Below, piece by piece: positions 47,777 through 60,472 of a DNA stretch of 64,000 nt. Each line of letters begins with the position of its first letter. Position 1 is the stretch's first letter. Position numbers and translations under genes: made by a program. Location: the NCBI GenBank assembly GCA_002104905.1, contig MCFE01000036.1, positions 124,001 through 188,000 of the forward strand, given 5' to 3'. This DNA comes from Basidiobolus meristosporus CBS 931.73. Taxonomy: Eukaryota > Fungi > Basidiobolomycota. Under the pieces are notes generated by a model. It saw nothing but the letters and a program-made list of their open reading frames with translations. It made no database searches and was not told the origin of the DNA.

Positions 47777-49667
47777 ATGCTTAGAAATACTGCCCTTCGC
47801 GTGGCTGCCCGTCAAGCTCTTGGTCGCAGCGCTGCCTCTATCGTAAGTGTCCTTTCACCCTTCCCACCTGCATCCCTGAGGCAATTCAGATAAACATAGA
47901 CAACCCAAATCATTTCTGCTTGTGCCCTCTACATATGCCCTAGGCCATTACGTAGCGTCTACACTTCCACATCCTTGTATTGTATAATAACCATCAACAA
48001 CAATCTGTAGGCTCGTCACAATGTCGGAGCTCTCTCCATGGCTTCCAGACTTTTCACTACTTCCTCCGTAGTTTCCGCCGGAGCCAAGCCAAGTAAGTGG
48101 TCTATCTATTGGAGCTGTTTGCACTGATGATGCTAACGTCTGGACAGCCACCTCCGAGGTTTCCTCCATCCTTGAGGAGCGTATCCTGGGTCTCTCCGAT
48201 TCTTCTGATATCAATGAGACTGGCCGTGTCCTCTCCGTCGGTGATGGTATCGCTCGTGTCTATGGTCTTAAGAATGTTCAAGCCGAAGAGATGGTGGAGT
48301 TCTCCTCCGGTGTTCAAGGAATGGCTCTTAACTTGGAACCCGACAACGTCGGTATTGTCGTCTTCGGTAACGATCGTTTGATCAAGGAAGGTGACACCGT
48401 TAAGCGTACCGGTAACATTGTCGACGTTCCTACCGGTGAGGGCCTTCTCGGCCGTGTTGTTGACGCTTTGGGTAACCCCATTGATGGCAAGGGCCCTATC
48501 CCTGGCGCCACCCGCCAACGTGTCCAAGTCAAGGCTCCTGGTATTATCCCTCGTCAATCCGTTCACGAGCCTATGCAAACTGGTATGAAGTCCATCGACT
48601 CCATGCTTCCCATTGGTCGTGGACAGCGTGAGTTGATTATTGGTGATCGTCAAACCGGTAAGACTGCCGTCGCCCTCGATACCATTCTCAACCAGAAGAA
48701 GTGGAACGATGCCGATGATGAGAGCAAGAAATTGTACTGTGTCTACGTCGCCATTGGTCAAAAGAGATCCACTGTCGCCCAATTCGTCAAGACCTTGGAG
48801 GAGAACGATGCCATGAAGTACTCCATCGTCGTTGCCGCCACTGCCTCTGAAGCTGCTCCCCTTCAATTCTTGGCTCCTTACTCTGGATGCGCCATGGGTG
48901 AGTACTTCCGTGATAACGGCAAGCACGCCCTCATCGTCTTCGACGATTTGTCCAAGCAAGCCGTTGCCTACCGTCAAATGTCTCTCTTGCTTCGTCGTCC
49001 TCCTGGTCGTGAGGCTTACCCTGGTGATGTGTTCTACCTCCACTCCAGACTTTTGGAGCGTGCCGCCAAGATGAACAAGAACTTCGGCTCCGGTTCCTTG
49101 ACTGCCCTTCCCATCATTGAAACTCAAGGTGGTGATGTGTCTGCTTACATTCCTACCAACGTTATTTCCATTACCGATGGACAGATCTTCTTGGAAGCTG
49201 AATTGTTCTTCAAGGGTATCCGTCCCGCCATTAACGTCGGTATTTCCGTCTCCCGTGTCGGATCTGCTGCCCAAACTAAGGCTATGAAGCAAGTCGCTGG
49301 TTCTCTTAAGCTCTTCCTGGCCCAATACCGTGAAGTCGCTGCCTTCGCCCAATTCGGTTCCGATTTGGACGCTTCCACCCAATTCTTGCTCAACCGTGGT
49401 GCTCGTCTCACCGAGTTGTTGAAGCAACCACAATACAAGCCTCTCCCTGTTGAGCAACAAGTTGCCATCATCTTCGCTGGTGTTAACGGTTTCTTGGATA
49501 AGGTTGATGTCAAGCGTATTGTCGAGTTCGAAGGTGCCTTCCTTCCTCACATGACTTCCAACCACGCTGACCTTCTTGAGGCCATCAAGAAGGACGGACA
49601 AATCACCGATGCCACTGATAAGAAGCTTCGTTCAGTTATCCCTGAATTCGTCAAATCCTTCATCTAA
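47777..49667 (+). CDS. ATP1: Mitochondrial F1-ATP synthase alpha subunit (nuclear gene with presequence, 3 exons)
   Basis: Arg-rich targeting peptide; [23 protein letters not shown] (P-loop), [24 protein letters not shown]. Confidence 0.98.
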
Positions 49668-49914
49668 ACTGGATTGATTTGAGTTCACATTTTGCATCTT
49701 GTTATATCTTTATTTTGGTGAGTTATCTTTGTAAGTTTAGCACCATCAACTTTCACTTACTACAATCAACAATAAAACCGCTCGTCTGCATGATTTGATG
49801 AAGTGACTTTATTCTGGATTGTTTCTACGCTTAATTGGCAATGATGCCTGGTTCATGGGGTCCATGCCAATTTTTCAACGACTAATGCTATATTCTATTA
49901 GATATGTTGGGGAT

Positions 49915-51882
49915 TTATAGTGATTTCGTGTCGGCAGGCTTGTGTGAAGTGTGGCTACCTTCCGAATCGTAGTGCTTGATGTCGTCTTCAGGGGAGAAGA
50001 GCGAGGGACTGTCAAGTGCTTCGTTCGCTATGGCGGACGTCCGTTCGTTGGAGTTGGGGAATGGACTGGGAATCAATTTTTTACGCGGTTTGTCCGCCGA
50101 TGACTCTGACTTGTCAGCAGGATGGAGTGTAGGGCTGGTGCGAGTGGGGTTTTTTCTTCCTTGCCATTCGGGAATCTCCTTCAAGTCGGTGTTCTGTGAA
50201 GTGGCATAGTTTCTGGTCACGTTAGTCACGTTTTTGAGTCCCTTTTCGGTAAGTTTCGAGAGTGAGTTGGGGCGTGAAAGATGGTTTCTTTCTTGTTCTT
50301 TGTCGTGTTGGAGATGGGCTTGCGGTGGTGGGGACAATAGATCGTTGGTGCTCAGAGGTTCGGGTGTAGGGTTAGAATCCATTTCCGGGGCTTCGCTTTC
50401 CTGGGTAGAGGTGTCGCCCTTGTCCTCAAACATCTCAGTGGGAGTTGTAAGCTCATCACGGCCCAAAGGAGTATGCTCCGCACTGTGAGGCAGGGCTTTT
50501 TCGTCTTCGGGAGACGGTGGACTAACCACAGTGTCGACGCGCGGGCTTGTTGGCCCTTGGGAGGGATCTTTCGGCTCCGCGGCATCATCAAATATTCCAC
50601 CGGTTCCATGTGAGGGGAAGAATGGGTAGTCATCCATGTTGGGGAGCACCAGGGCCTCATGAATCATGTCATGTATGCGGCGCTCAATTGCTTGAATGAT
50701 CATGCCGAACTTGAGTTGCTTGTCAGAAACAATCGGCTCGATGTTAAGGGACATCACTGGATCTTCACAAAACCCTAACCAAAATCGGTTGGTTGGCGGT
50801 GGTTTGACCTTCAGGTGCATTTTTCCAGAGAGCTTCTTGAGAGTAACGGCCAAAACCAGGTTGACCTTGAGTGGCTTTAACCTTGCAGTAACCGATATAA
50901 TAGCCTCGGTCTCCACCTCAACACTAAATCCCCCTGTGTAATCGATGCAGAACTCAGCAGTCATCTCTCCATTGGGTTGCAGGTCAAGTAGCTTTGGGTT
51001 GGTGATGGTTGGCATGCTATCTCCGACGTGAAGATCGCGTACCGCAATATCGCCTAGGAACGAGGGTTTTTTCACTTTCGAGCTCTTGAGGACTATTTTC
51101 CGAATGAAATAATCTTTGATGGATTGCGTTTTATAGATGCTGAGGAATAAGCGCCCAAGAAAGGCATTCAGCCACTGTGTCTGTAGGTGATGCTCGTCTG
51201 AATGAACTGTGCGGATCAAATGGTATATGGCTGCGTGATCGAAGTCGGTGGCGTTTCTCTCCACCTTGGATTCCTGAGAATTTTGGCCTATACGAGAAGC
51301 CCGAAGGAATCCCAGGAACCAGTCTTCCTTCTCCACGGGAGTTTTGGCAAAAACAAAATACTCTGAATGCGCGTTAACTTCTTCAGTTCGAAGTTTGAGC
51401 TGAATTGGCAAGTCTTTGTGGAACACTTCGTTATCAGGCAGCGAGGTAGGGTAGATGGAAACGTCGTATTTCATAAGGTTGATAATGCCCAGACACGTGT
51501 GCAGTTTTTCATCTGTGTATAGCCATATAGTTTCTCGATTCAGGATGACATAATAAAAGTCTTTACGGGTGCCGAGTCTTCCTTCTATAAATTGCTTCAG
51601 ACCTAGGATCAGCAGGGAGGAGAAATCGACAGGTGCATTTCTTGGGACCAGAGTATGGGGAGGGGTAATTCGCAGCCAGCCAACACGGCTGTCTTGCAGA
51701 ACATCTTTATCCACCAACAGAGGTTTCTCCATTTTTTCAAACTCACACTTCGGCGTGGATTTGGGCCATGTTGGTATTCCATTTATCCATAGATATAGCG
51801 GCACCAGAAGTAGCAGAAGCACCATGGGGGCTATGACAATGCCGCCTAAAAAGAAGGCCGACACATGTGCGATAAGGGACAT
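49915..51882 (-). CDS. Membrane-anchored PH + SMP-domain lipid-transfer protein (Nvj2/TEX2-like), intronless, 655 aa
   Basis: N-terminal TM segment; PH-like FAKTPVEKEDWFLGFLRAS; SMP TQWLNAFLGRLF...KPSFLGDIAV..LHVG..P; KVKPPPTNRFWLGF..DP; disordered tail. Confidence 0.85.
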   Translation of the reverse strand: MSLIAHVSAFFLGGIVIAPMVLLLLLVPLYLWINGIPTWPKSTPKCEFEKMEKPLLVDKDVLQDSRVGWLRITPPHTLVPRNAPVDFSSLLILGLKQFIEGRLGTRKDFYYVILNRETIWLYTDEKLHTCLGIINLMKYDVSIYPTSLPDNEVFHKDLPIQLKLRTEEVNAHSEYFVFAKTPVEKEDWFLGFLRASRIGQNSQESKVERNATDFDHAAIYHLIRTVHSDEHHLQTQWLNAFLGRLFLSIYKTQSIKDYFIRKIVLKSSKVKKPSFLGDIAVRDLHVGDSMPTITNPKLLDLQPNGEMTAEFCIDYTGGFSVEVETEAIISVTARLKPLKVNLVLAVTLKKLSGKMHLKVKPPPTNRFWLGFCEDPVMSLNIEPIVSDKQLKFGMIIQAIERRIHDMIHEALVLPNMDDYPFFPSHGTGGIFDDAAEPKDPSQGPTSPRVDTVVSPPSPEDEKALPHSAEHTPLGRDELTTPTEMFEDKGDTSTQESEAPEMDSNPTPEPLSTNDLLSPPPQAHLQHDKEQERNHLSRPNSLSKLTEKGLKNVTNVTRNYATSQNTDLKEIPEWQGRKNPTRTSPTLHPADKSESSADKPRKKLIPSPFPNSNERTSAIANEALDSPSLFSPEDDIKHYDSEGSHTSHKPADTKSL

Positions 51883-52399
51883 TTAGGAGGCCAAGGGAGT
51901 CGATGGGAATCCAATAATAGCAGGTAATGGAAAGAAAGCAATAAAAGGAAGGACACAGATCAACGCTTCAAGTCTTGTAAGTATATAAAGTAAAGAATAT
52001 ATATATTTAGTGGGTGGCAATCAGAAGTAAGGAACAGAGCTGACGATGCATTGAGTGAAATACCAAGGTTCAGGCAGGTATGGGAATTAGGGCCCAAAAA
52101 GGAAACACTCGATAACATAATGATGTATTCATTCCTCCATTACTCCATTTCTCCATTACTCCATTCCTCCCTTACCACTTTACCTAAATCCAGTTTAATT
52201 CACATCTGGGCTAGCAGTTATACCAACAGCTATGCCAAGTTGGATCCAAGAGAAATAGATTCCTGATGATTGGCCGAAGACAATTTGTTTATTGTTTTGC
52301 TGGAGTGACCAAAGGTTTTGTTTACATGGTTGAGTTAAAGTAATCAAGAATCATCGTTCTTGAACGTCTACTAATCTTTCTTCACCACCAAGTTCACTC

Positions 52400-55026
52400 A
52401 TGAGCTCGAACAGCGACATCGCTTCTGCGTTGGCGGAGAACGTACCGAGAATATTTCAGGAGGTTCAGAAAACCGTCGCGAATCATCGCAAGCTTGCCAA
52501 TGTTCTACGAAAGCTTCAAGAAAAGGCCTCCCAGGTCGGAAAACGAAAGCTCGACAACCAGTTCCTATCTGGAGAGCAGAGCTTCAACCTGGAATTCACC
52601 CGAAACCTGAGCAAAATCCTTCCAGTCAAAAAAAGGGAGCCTGCAGTGGACAGGGTCATCAAGTTCGTGCAAACCTTCATACAGTATAGCCAGGAGAAGG
52701 ACAATGCTGCTGATAGCGATGCCCAACAGGACCCGGAAGCCTCCGAAGAAACCCTGTCCTCGCGTTTTGTTGAGTATCTGATGAAATATCTTTTGGGGGG
52801 CGTGAATGCGAAAGATAAACCAGTGCGCCTAAGGGTTTGCCAGATGATTGCTCTCACCATCAACTCCCTTGGCGAGATAGACGAGGATCTCTACAACGAG
52901 CTCAAGTCAAAGTTGCTCGATTGTGCCAGGGACAAAGAAGCCAGTGTTCGTGTCCAGGTGGCTATCGCGCTTTCGCGACTTCAGGATACCGACGACGAGG
53001 TGGGAAGCGTGACGGAGAAGCTCATCGAGATGCTCAGAAATGATCCAAGTGCCGAAGTCAGACGCGCCGTATTCTACAATATCGAACTCACCGAGGCAAT
53101 TCTTCCATACATCCTGGAGAGAGCACGTGACGTGGATGCCACGAACCGCAAGTGTATTTACTTGAGATCAATGATTGAGATCGGCGACTTCAGAATCCTA
53201 TCCATCGACGACCGCGAGAAGCTTTTGAAATGGGGATTGTCGGATCGTGATGCCAACGTCAAGAAAGCATGCAGTAAGATGCTCTCCGAGCACTGGATTA
53301 GCCAGGCTGACAACAACCTCCTCGAGTTCCTGGAGAGACTCGATGTCATCTGCAGTGATGCTGCTGACAGTGCGCTCAGCTCATTCTTCGAGGCGAACCC
53401 AGAAGTGTGCGATAGTTTCTCCTTCAACGACCAATTCTGGGAGAATCTGACACCAGAGAGTGCATTCTTGGCGCGCGTGTTCTGCGACTACTGCAAGAAG
53501 CATAACGAAGAGAAGCTAGAAGAAACCCTGCCAAACGTCACTCAGCATGCTGTCTACCTTCAAGAATACAGCCAGCTCATGTTGGTAACCGAAGAGGGGG
53601 ACGCGGCAAAAACCGAGCTAGAGTTCATTGTGAACCAGCTGTTGTTAATGGCGGGACACCTTGATTTCGCAGACGAAATAGGTCGCCGACATATGTTCAC
53701 GCTGTTGAAAGAAACACTCATCTATACCGACGTGCCTGACAACCATCTCTCCAATGTTATCGCAATCCTGAAGAAGATCTCGGTCAGTGAAAAAGACTTC
53801 ACCCGGCTAATCATTGAGATCATCATTGATGTCCGCGAAAGCACCGAGGAGGCACTTAAAGAAAAGTATCAAGATCAAGATCTGGATGAAGACGAGGATA
53901 TGGAAAAACGAATCCTCGAGGCACTGGCCACCCTGAAATGCCTGAACATCGCCAAAAACATGTTGGAGCGCAGTAACGAAAGTCTACGCGACAACTCATC
54001 CATGTACGGTTTGTTGAATGAGCTCATCATTCCGGCCACACAAAGCTCGGAAGACATCTTGAAGGAAACGGCGATTCGTTGCTTGGGTCTCTGTTGCCTG
54101 CTCGACAAGAACCTTGCCGCCGAGAACTTCCAAGTCTTCATCCACTGCGTGCTCGAGGGCCATATTGAGCTGCAGGAACAAGCGTTGATGATTATATTCG
54201 ACTTGATCATGCTCTTCGGCATTGGCTCGCTCACCGCCAAGCTGGATGACCCCAACATCTTGGACCAATTGTTCCAAGAATGTATGGATTGTGATGTGCC
54301 AGAGATCCTGGCCATTGCCACTGAAGGGGTCTCTAAGCTGTTCATCTGCAAGGCGCTAACAGATACAGACCAGTACCTTCCGTACTTGGTCACCGGATAC
54401 TTCCATCCCAAAACGGCTGACAATCAACGCCTTCGCCAGTGCCTCAGCTACTTCTTGCCCGTTTTCTGCCACTCGTCACACAAAAACCAACAGGCGATGA
54501 TAAGGATTGCTCCCCAGGTGATATGCGACCTAGTTCAGGTACACAAGGAGCTCAATCTGGACGAAGAGATGGTATCTCCATTGCAGATAGGCCAGCAATT
54601 CGCCGATTGGACTGATTCCCACAAACTAGTCAGGTAAGTAAGCCAAGTGCTTGGTGGAGATCTCGTGGTTCTCGCTCTAACGATTCATTGATTGCCTGCA
54701 GATCCCAGTTCCCTCAAAGCGAAGAGACCGACCATGGCATGCATGCTGAACTGGTCAAGGAGTTGCTACAGTTGACGGAGAGCGAGGCAGCCGGTTCAAG
54801 AAAAACCCTGCTCCAGATTCTCACCAAGTTCAGAGTGGACGAAACCGCGGGCGAGGAACGTCTACAACGACTATTGAACGCCATCGAACGGTTCAAGAAG
54901 CAAAACCCAGTCATCGACGCTGTCTCGCGCAACGCGCTGAAGCGTTTGGAAACGTCGGTACTGACAGCGCTGGAAACTCTTCAACAACAAGAATCATCTG
55001 CTGATGAAGCGGCCACCTCGCCCTAG
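52400..55026 (+). CDS. YCG1: Condensin HEAT subunit CAP-G (Ycg1/Cnd3); one intron at ~54635-54700
   Basis: HRKL...L, KREP..DRV..F, AKDK.VR.RVCQ.I, DKEASVRVQ..IALSRLQ, NDPSAEVRR, RARDVD, LRQCLSYFLPVF. Confidence 0.92.
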
Positions 55027-55157
55027 ACTGACCAAACCACTCTTCTCACCCCTGTGTATATTCCTGCCCCACCCTTCCATTCCCTTCATCGTTTTGTTTG
55101 GTAGAATATTGTCGAATATTGTCGAATATTTTTATATATAAATGGATGAAACTGGCT

Positions 55158-56232
55158 TTATTTCACCAGCGGCGGTGGTTGGGATTTGTGGCTTTGCAGT
55201 GTATTCATGGCCTGCCAGAGCGTATCACATATCTTGATTCGTGTGGCTGTGTGCTCCCAATTGGCAGTTTTGGATTCCTCAAGCAGAGTGGACAAGTCGA
55301 TGGGGTCGCCGAACACCACCTTCAGGGTCTGACCCACCCGCGGAATCGGTATCCTCCTACCTTCAGGCATGATGTCGGACATCCCTTTGAAAACAATCAG
55401 CACCTACGACAACGGACGCCTCGGAGTTCTCCTACCTTTGTGCCAGAAAGGAACCACGATCGGGGGTTTCTTGGACTCCATGATAATCCTCCCCACTCCC
55501 CATTTGAAACGAATCAACTTGTCGGTCTGATTGACCTTGGCCTCGGGAAAAATATGAATCTAACTTTGGTTACTCTTCAATCCTGCCTGATACAGTGAAT
55601 CTCTTTGGACCCACCCATTTTCCGTCGTTCATCCGGTCTATCGCAAAATCGACTGCTGGCTGGTATATTCCATCCCCTCTAACGATCGGAACCGTCTGTC
55701 CAAGATAGAAAAACAACGAAAAAGCCCTAGCATCAATTGTGTTTGAAAATCCCCAATTTCAGTCTCCATATTTACCTGGACTTACTCATTGGTGAAGCAG
55801 ATCTCTCGCGCAGCTAGACACCATCTCATGTACTCTCTTTTCCAGAACGCTCTCAAGGGGAATACGTGAAACAACAACGGATCATCAAGTCTGGTCCAGC
55901 AGCAGTAGGCAAACAGTCGGATTAGCCAAAGATGTCTGCCTTCGATCCTTGCGGTCACTTACACTGAGGTGTGGTTTGCAACTATAGCAGGAGAATAGAA
56001 CGATTAAACAAATGCTTTTGTTCGAAATTACAGAGCAAGGGTCCTTACTTGTGATGATTGGTCTGTCTCTATTCGGATCGAAGAGTAGTTTTAGAAAAGG
56101 CTCGAGGTTGTGGACCTCAGTGGTGGTTGTACATTTGATGAACATTTTGCCAAGCAAGCCTACACTAGTCATCACCAGGCTGCTCCCAAGATTCCACAGT
56201 CGGCTGTTCTTCGGGATAACGCGAATACTCAT
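55158..56232 (-). CDS. TAZ1: Tafazzin (monolysocardiolipin transacylase), multi-exon
   Basis: RP.IT..NH.S..DDP acyltransferase motif, IHIFPEAKVNQT, IRFKWGVGR, P.VG..LKVVFGDPI, RIKICD. Confidence 0.9.
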
Positions 56233-56769
56233 GCTATATCAAGGGCTTCTGCTTGGACCAGGAAACTACTTTGCGTCCACCACCGACGAGGTTCACAAGT
56301 TGAATACTATACTTGCCATTGTACTAATTTATTTTGGCAGCCAGACAGATGTGCCTAATCACTGATTTGCTGCCCCTCCGTCCATCTAGCCATCCCCAGC
56401 AAGCGCAATCTACTTTTGGGGATGGAATCAGGAATATTGCTAAATATAATCGTAGGAGAGATCGTACTGAACACACTTATGGAAATTTCGGAATCTATTC
56501 TTGGCTGGCTCTTGTTTATTGTCTAGGAAAACCACGGAAGAGAATAGAGATGTGGCAGGTATAATATGGGGTGGATAAGCAAATGCGGCACACTACAAGC
56601 TATAAGCTAGAAGACCTGATGCGAAGAAGAATGTACACAAATATATGATGGAGAAACTAAGGAAGATTATTAACGTAATATCTATAATAAAGAAGAAACC
56701 ACGGAATCTAATGATGATGCAAAAAGTTCCTCACAGAGCAACGTCCGATCTCTTTGTACATGGCTGAGC

Positions 56770-58560
56770 TCATACTTTGAGCTGCAGTTCGTACTTGCCC
56801 TGCCTGGTCATGTCCAGAGAGATATGCTCCTTCGAGCCGTCGGGTCGTTGCACAGTAATCTAGAAAAAGAAAGATTTCAGCGTGCATGTCCAGGTTAATC
56901 ACTCATGTGCCAAACTGGTTACATACCACTTCTTTGTTCGCGGAAAGAAATTTGGCGTTGTATTTATCCGATTTGAAATCGTTCACCATGATCGCGTCCC
57001 CTTTTTTCAACCATTGGCCATAATACGACAATTTCCCGGACTCTGCGTATACTCGGATGATGCTATTTTCAAAGGGGAGACGACTCACTTTGCTTTGTGC
57101 TTGTGGAGACTGACGTTACTCTATGGTGCATGTGAAATAGTCCGCCTTAACGATGAGTACCTGTTGCAAGCTATTCAAGGGTTAATGACTTCCCCTAAGC
57201 ACACGGTCTTTCAAGAACATACCTGAATAAGGGCCAAATCTTCGCTGATTTCCGCTGGATCAAGGCTGGACACCAAATGTAGGCTAGTTAAGGATACTGG
57301 CGAGATGGCATCTGGATTATTCAAATCTTGACAGCGCAAAAAGGATATTAAACTCTGGCATCATGAGCTTGGCCGGGGTGAGATTTGTTTCATGCAACCG
57401 CGGTATCTTTCGACTTACAGGCTCTGTATCTAGTAGTTGACATTCGATATCAGTATTAGCGACCGCTGACCATGAACAAAGCTGATACTTACAAATCTCC
57501 TCGTCCAATCGCTCGTACTCTTTTTTGAGCCGGTGCTTCTTACTCACAGTGTCTTCTGATAGCGTCGCTTTGAGTGATTTCCTAGCATTCTGCATGTGAG
57601 GTACGATAAATACGTGCTACGCACATCATGCATTTCTCATTGTTTACCTCGAAGTCACAGCGAATCTGATATTCGGTTCCGATATTTATATTGTTAATCG
57701 TGAATAGCTGCGCATTTCGGAATGCATTGGCCATATCGATCACGGCTCTCCTTTTTCTTTCCACCTCTTCTAGCAAAGGTGTCAACTCTGGGTGATTTTC
57801 TAGCAATACAAAGTCGTTGGAATGGTGCTTAGCGAGAATACGATTCATAGAAAAGGAGCCTGTACCATTTTCAACCATCTTTATCTCATCCTCTAGTTCA
57901 TGCAAACGTTCACGGTATATCCTTGGGGCCGGTTAGAATCACTGCTTTCACCGTTTTTAAAGCTTATTATGTTATTTATACCTATCACGAAGTTTTGCAA
58001 ACTCCAACTCAATTTCGCGTAATGAATCCAATGCTTCATGATGCTGGTCTCGGACGACTACCCATTCGATGTATGAGAATAAGCAATTCGAAAAAACAAC
58101 AACTTGACGTGAGTGTTTACTGACCTTGATCTTCATCATCGTGTGTATGGGCCGGGGTCAAATCATCGAGTGTTGTGTCAACAGCGGCAGGAGGATCTAA
58201 TGGCTCTGAATGTTCGGAAGCCTCTGAGCCGTTTTGCTTGCCAGAAGCCGGTGAAGATGGACAAGAAGGCGTAGGTGACAGTAGTGGCGAGTTATTTTTA
58301 CTTTCCGTAGGCGAGTCCGGAGCATTCTCTTGATGATCGAGCTGCTTTTCGCCTTCTTGACTTTTTGCTGGGGTTAAATTCTCTGAGGGGATTTCTGAGG
58401 GTAGAACTGGATTATGTTCAACGCTCTTTGGCTCCTGTGCACAGGTTACGTTGGAAAGCGAGACATCAGAAGAAAGGACACTGGAAAAGGAGCTGGATAG
58501 ATTTGCTGTGGAGTCAGCCTCGGTTTTGGAACTGATTGAGGAAGCAATCTCTAAGGTCAT
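56770..58560 (-). CDS. Sds3/BRMS1-like Sin3-Rpd3L complex subunit, multi-exon, includes an AT-AC intron
   Basis: Disordered N-terminus; EALDSLREIELEFAKLRD..YRERL coiled coil; EHPEL; L...EISEDL..I motif; C-terminal GKL.Y.GQW..KGD.I.V domain. Confidence 0.85.
57279..57348 (-). other. U12-type AT-AC intron, 70 nt
   Basis: 5' ATATCCTTTTT; branch TCCTTAAC ending 8 nt before the terminal AC; removal joins PEF-N-LVSSLDPAEISEDL in frame and deletes an in-frame TAA. Confidence 0.9.
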
Positions 58561-59063
58561 ATGAACGAAGGCTATTGAGATTTAGAAGCAGCGGTATTTT
58601 CCTCGAGAACTTTAGAAGCAGTGCTTGGTGACAGAGAAGTACACGACGATAGAAAAGGAGCAATTTTCTTTGGACAGCGGAAACAACCGACCCACAAAAG
58701 AGAAACTATGGCTAAAAGTAGGCCTAGGAAAAAACGAACAGGACTATTGTGTGTTTACCGCACTATGAAGCCATGGTCAGGAAAACTTGGGAAAAAATAT
58801 ATATATTGATCACGGGGTTGGAATTCAATGGCGGACTGCTCTTTATTCAAAGCATATATTGATTAATTCTTCACCTAAGCTAGTCAAGTTCAAAAGTGCC
58901 AACCAATTGCCCAATCAGTGCATATCAACCTAAACCATATAGGCTACAACTTGATCGACTCGATGTATGATTTGTTTATTGGTGTGGTGGGTGGTGAGTG
59001 GGTGGTGAGTGGTATGTGGTATGTGGTATGTGGCATGTAGCACTGATGTTCAAAAAAATAAGC

Positions 59064-60144
59064 TCAGTACTGCTGATGCTCAGTGCGACTAACGCTTAAG
59101 AAACTCCATAGTGAGTTCAAAAAACTCCTTTGGTTTCTCGGCATGCACTAAGAATGTTGGAAAGCCGGTTAATGGCTGAGTCGGTAAGATAGTAAGATCT
59201 ACTTACCCCAATGTCCTGCATCAAGCTCGGCAAACTGTACGCTTGGGAAGAACTCCTGGATGGCACGATGGTGCTTTTGTTGGACGTAATGCGACTTGCT
59301 ACCAGATACAAACAGGGTAGGCCCTTCGAAGCGCTTTAGCCCTTCTTCAGTTGGAAACTCGCCAAGATCCTCAAGATGGTTCTTGATAATATCCAACGGT
59401 ATACGCCAGGAATAAGCTCCACTGGGATTCTTCCTAAGATTCGTCATCAAAAACATGCGAACCCCATGATCCTAAATACTGCACATCAGTACAATCATTA
59501 CCTCCATCAAGCCCTGTCTTACTCACTGGGATATAACTCATCAATTCATTGTCAGCAGCACTCTGCTTTGTATGCTTGCTCTCTTCAACCTGCTTCATGG
59601 CGCTTATAAAATGGCCGATGTCACCAGAAAGTTTAAGTGAAACTGGTGACATATCAACCACAACTAGTTTTTCAAGCTGCGCAGGTTCGTTTAGACTGAG
59701 AGTCATAGCAACTTTTCCGCCCCTTGGTATACGAAATGAAAACCGTCAATGAAGGTGTGTGTTTCCTTGAGGAAAGTTCGCTTACATTGAATGCCCCATG
59801 AGGTTCACTTTGTCAAGGCCATTCTGCTTTAAAAACTCGGACACATCTTCAGCCATGACTTCATAATTCAAGGGCTCAATATGGGGACTTTCACCATGAT
59901 CTCTCAAATCCAAGGCGTACACATCCGTATTGAGGCTACTGGAGTAGCTTTTTGCAAGTGTCTTCCAGTTTTGTTTAGAACCGAATAGTCCGTGAAGAAT
60001 CACTAAAGGTGTTTTTGCTTGCCCCTTTACTGGGTTAACGGCTTCATATCGGTCATGAACTAATTTAATGCTGGATCTTTGACTACAGAGGCTACCGTGG
60101 AAATTACGCTTGGCGAACAAAGTGAAAGAATTTCGCATGAACAT
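59064..60144 (-). CDS. ABHD11/Imo32-like mitochondrial alpha/beta hydrolase, multi-exon
   Basis: PLVILHGLFGSKQNW, LDLRDHGESPH, nucleophile GHSMGGK (spliced), LVVVDMSP, PTLFV.G..S.YV, GHWVHAEKP. Confidence 0.92.
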
Positions 60145-60472
60145 TTTCGCCAAGTGTACAGGTCGAGTGTGTGCTGGAACTGCCCGAATGAAGACCATGC
60201 TATCATAGACGTGAATTCCTTCCGAATAACCATATAAATACGCTGGAGCAGTCACATGATTGTTCAATAATAAAGATGGGAGGCTTGCCCAGAAGTTGGC
60301 ATAAATTAACAAGTCTCCAAGCAATTTTTCGGATAAAAAAGAAGGTCGAAATTTTTTGAAACTCTGGATCACAAGTAAAAAAGGTCGAAATTTTTACTGT
60401 TACCTTGCAAAGTGAAAATTTCGCGCTACCTGTACTTGCTCAACTTAGAACTAGAGGTTGTACGTTTTGAAA

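Noticed and set aside
47843-48010. Long ATP1 intron 1 (168 nt) with an internal CCCTAG that would add a premature stop
   Set aside because: No convincing branch point, internal donor or structure; too weak compared with the RPS9 case.
48102-49601. 499-aa antisense ORF over ATP1 (similar ones over RPS9 34020-34580, RPL21 33004-33438, RAC1 32240-32725)
   Set aside because: Shadow ORFs expected from the strong codon bias of highly expressed genes; no recognisable domains.
57917-57924. ATATCCTT U12-like donor on the plus strand (also GTATCCT at ~37264 on the minus strand)
   Set aside because: The first is antisense to the SDS3-like gene and overlaps a normal AG acceptor; the second lies within coding sequence (VRILYSK).
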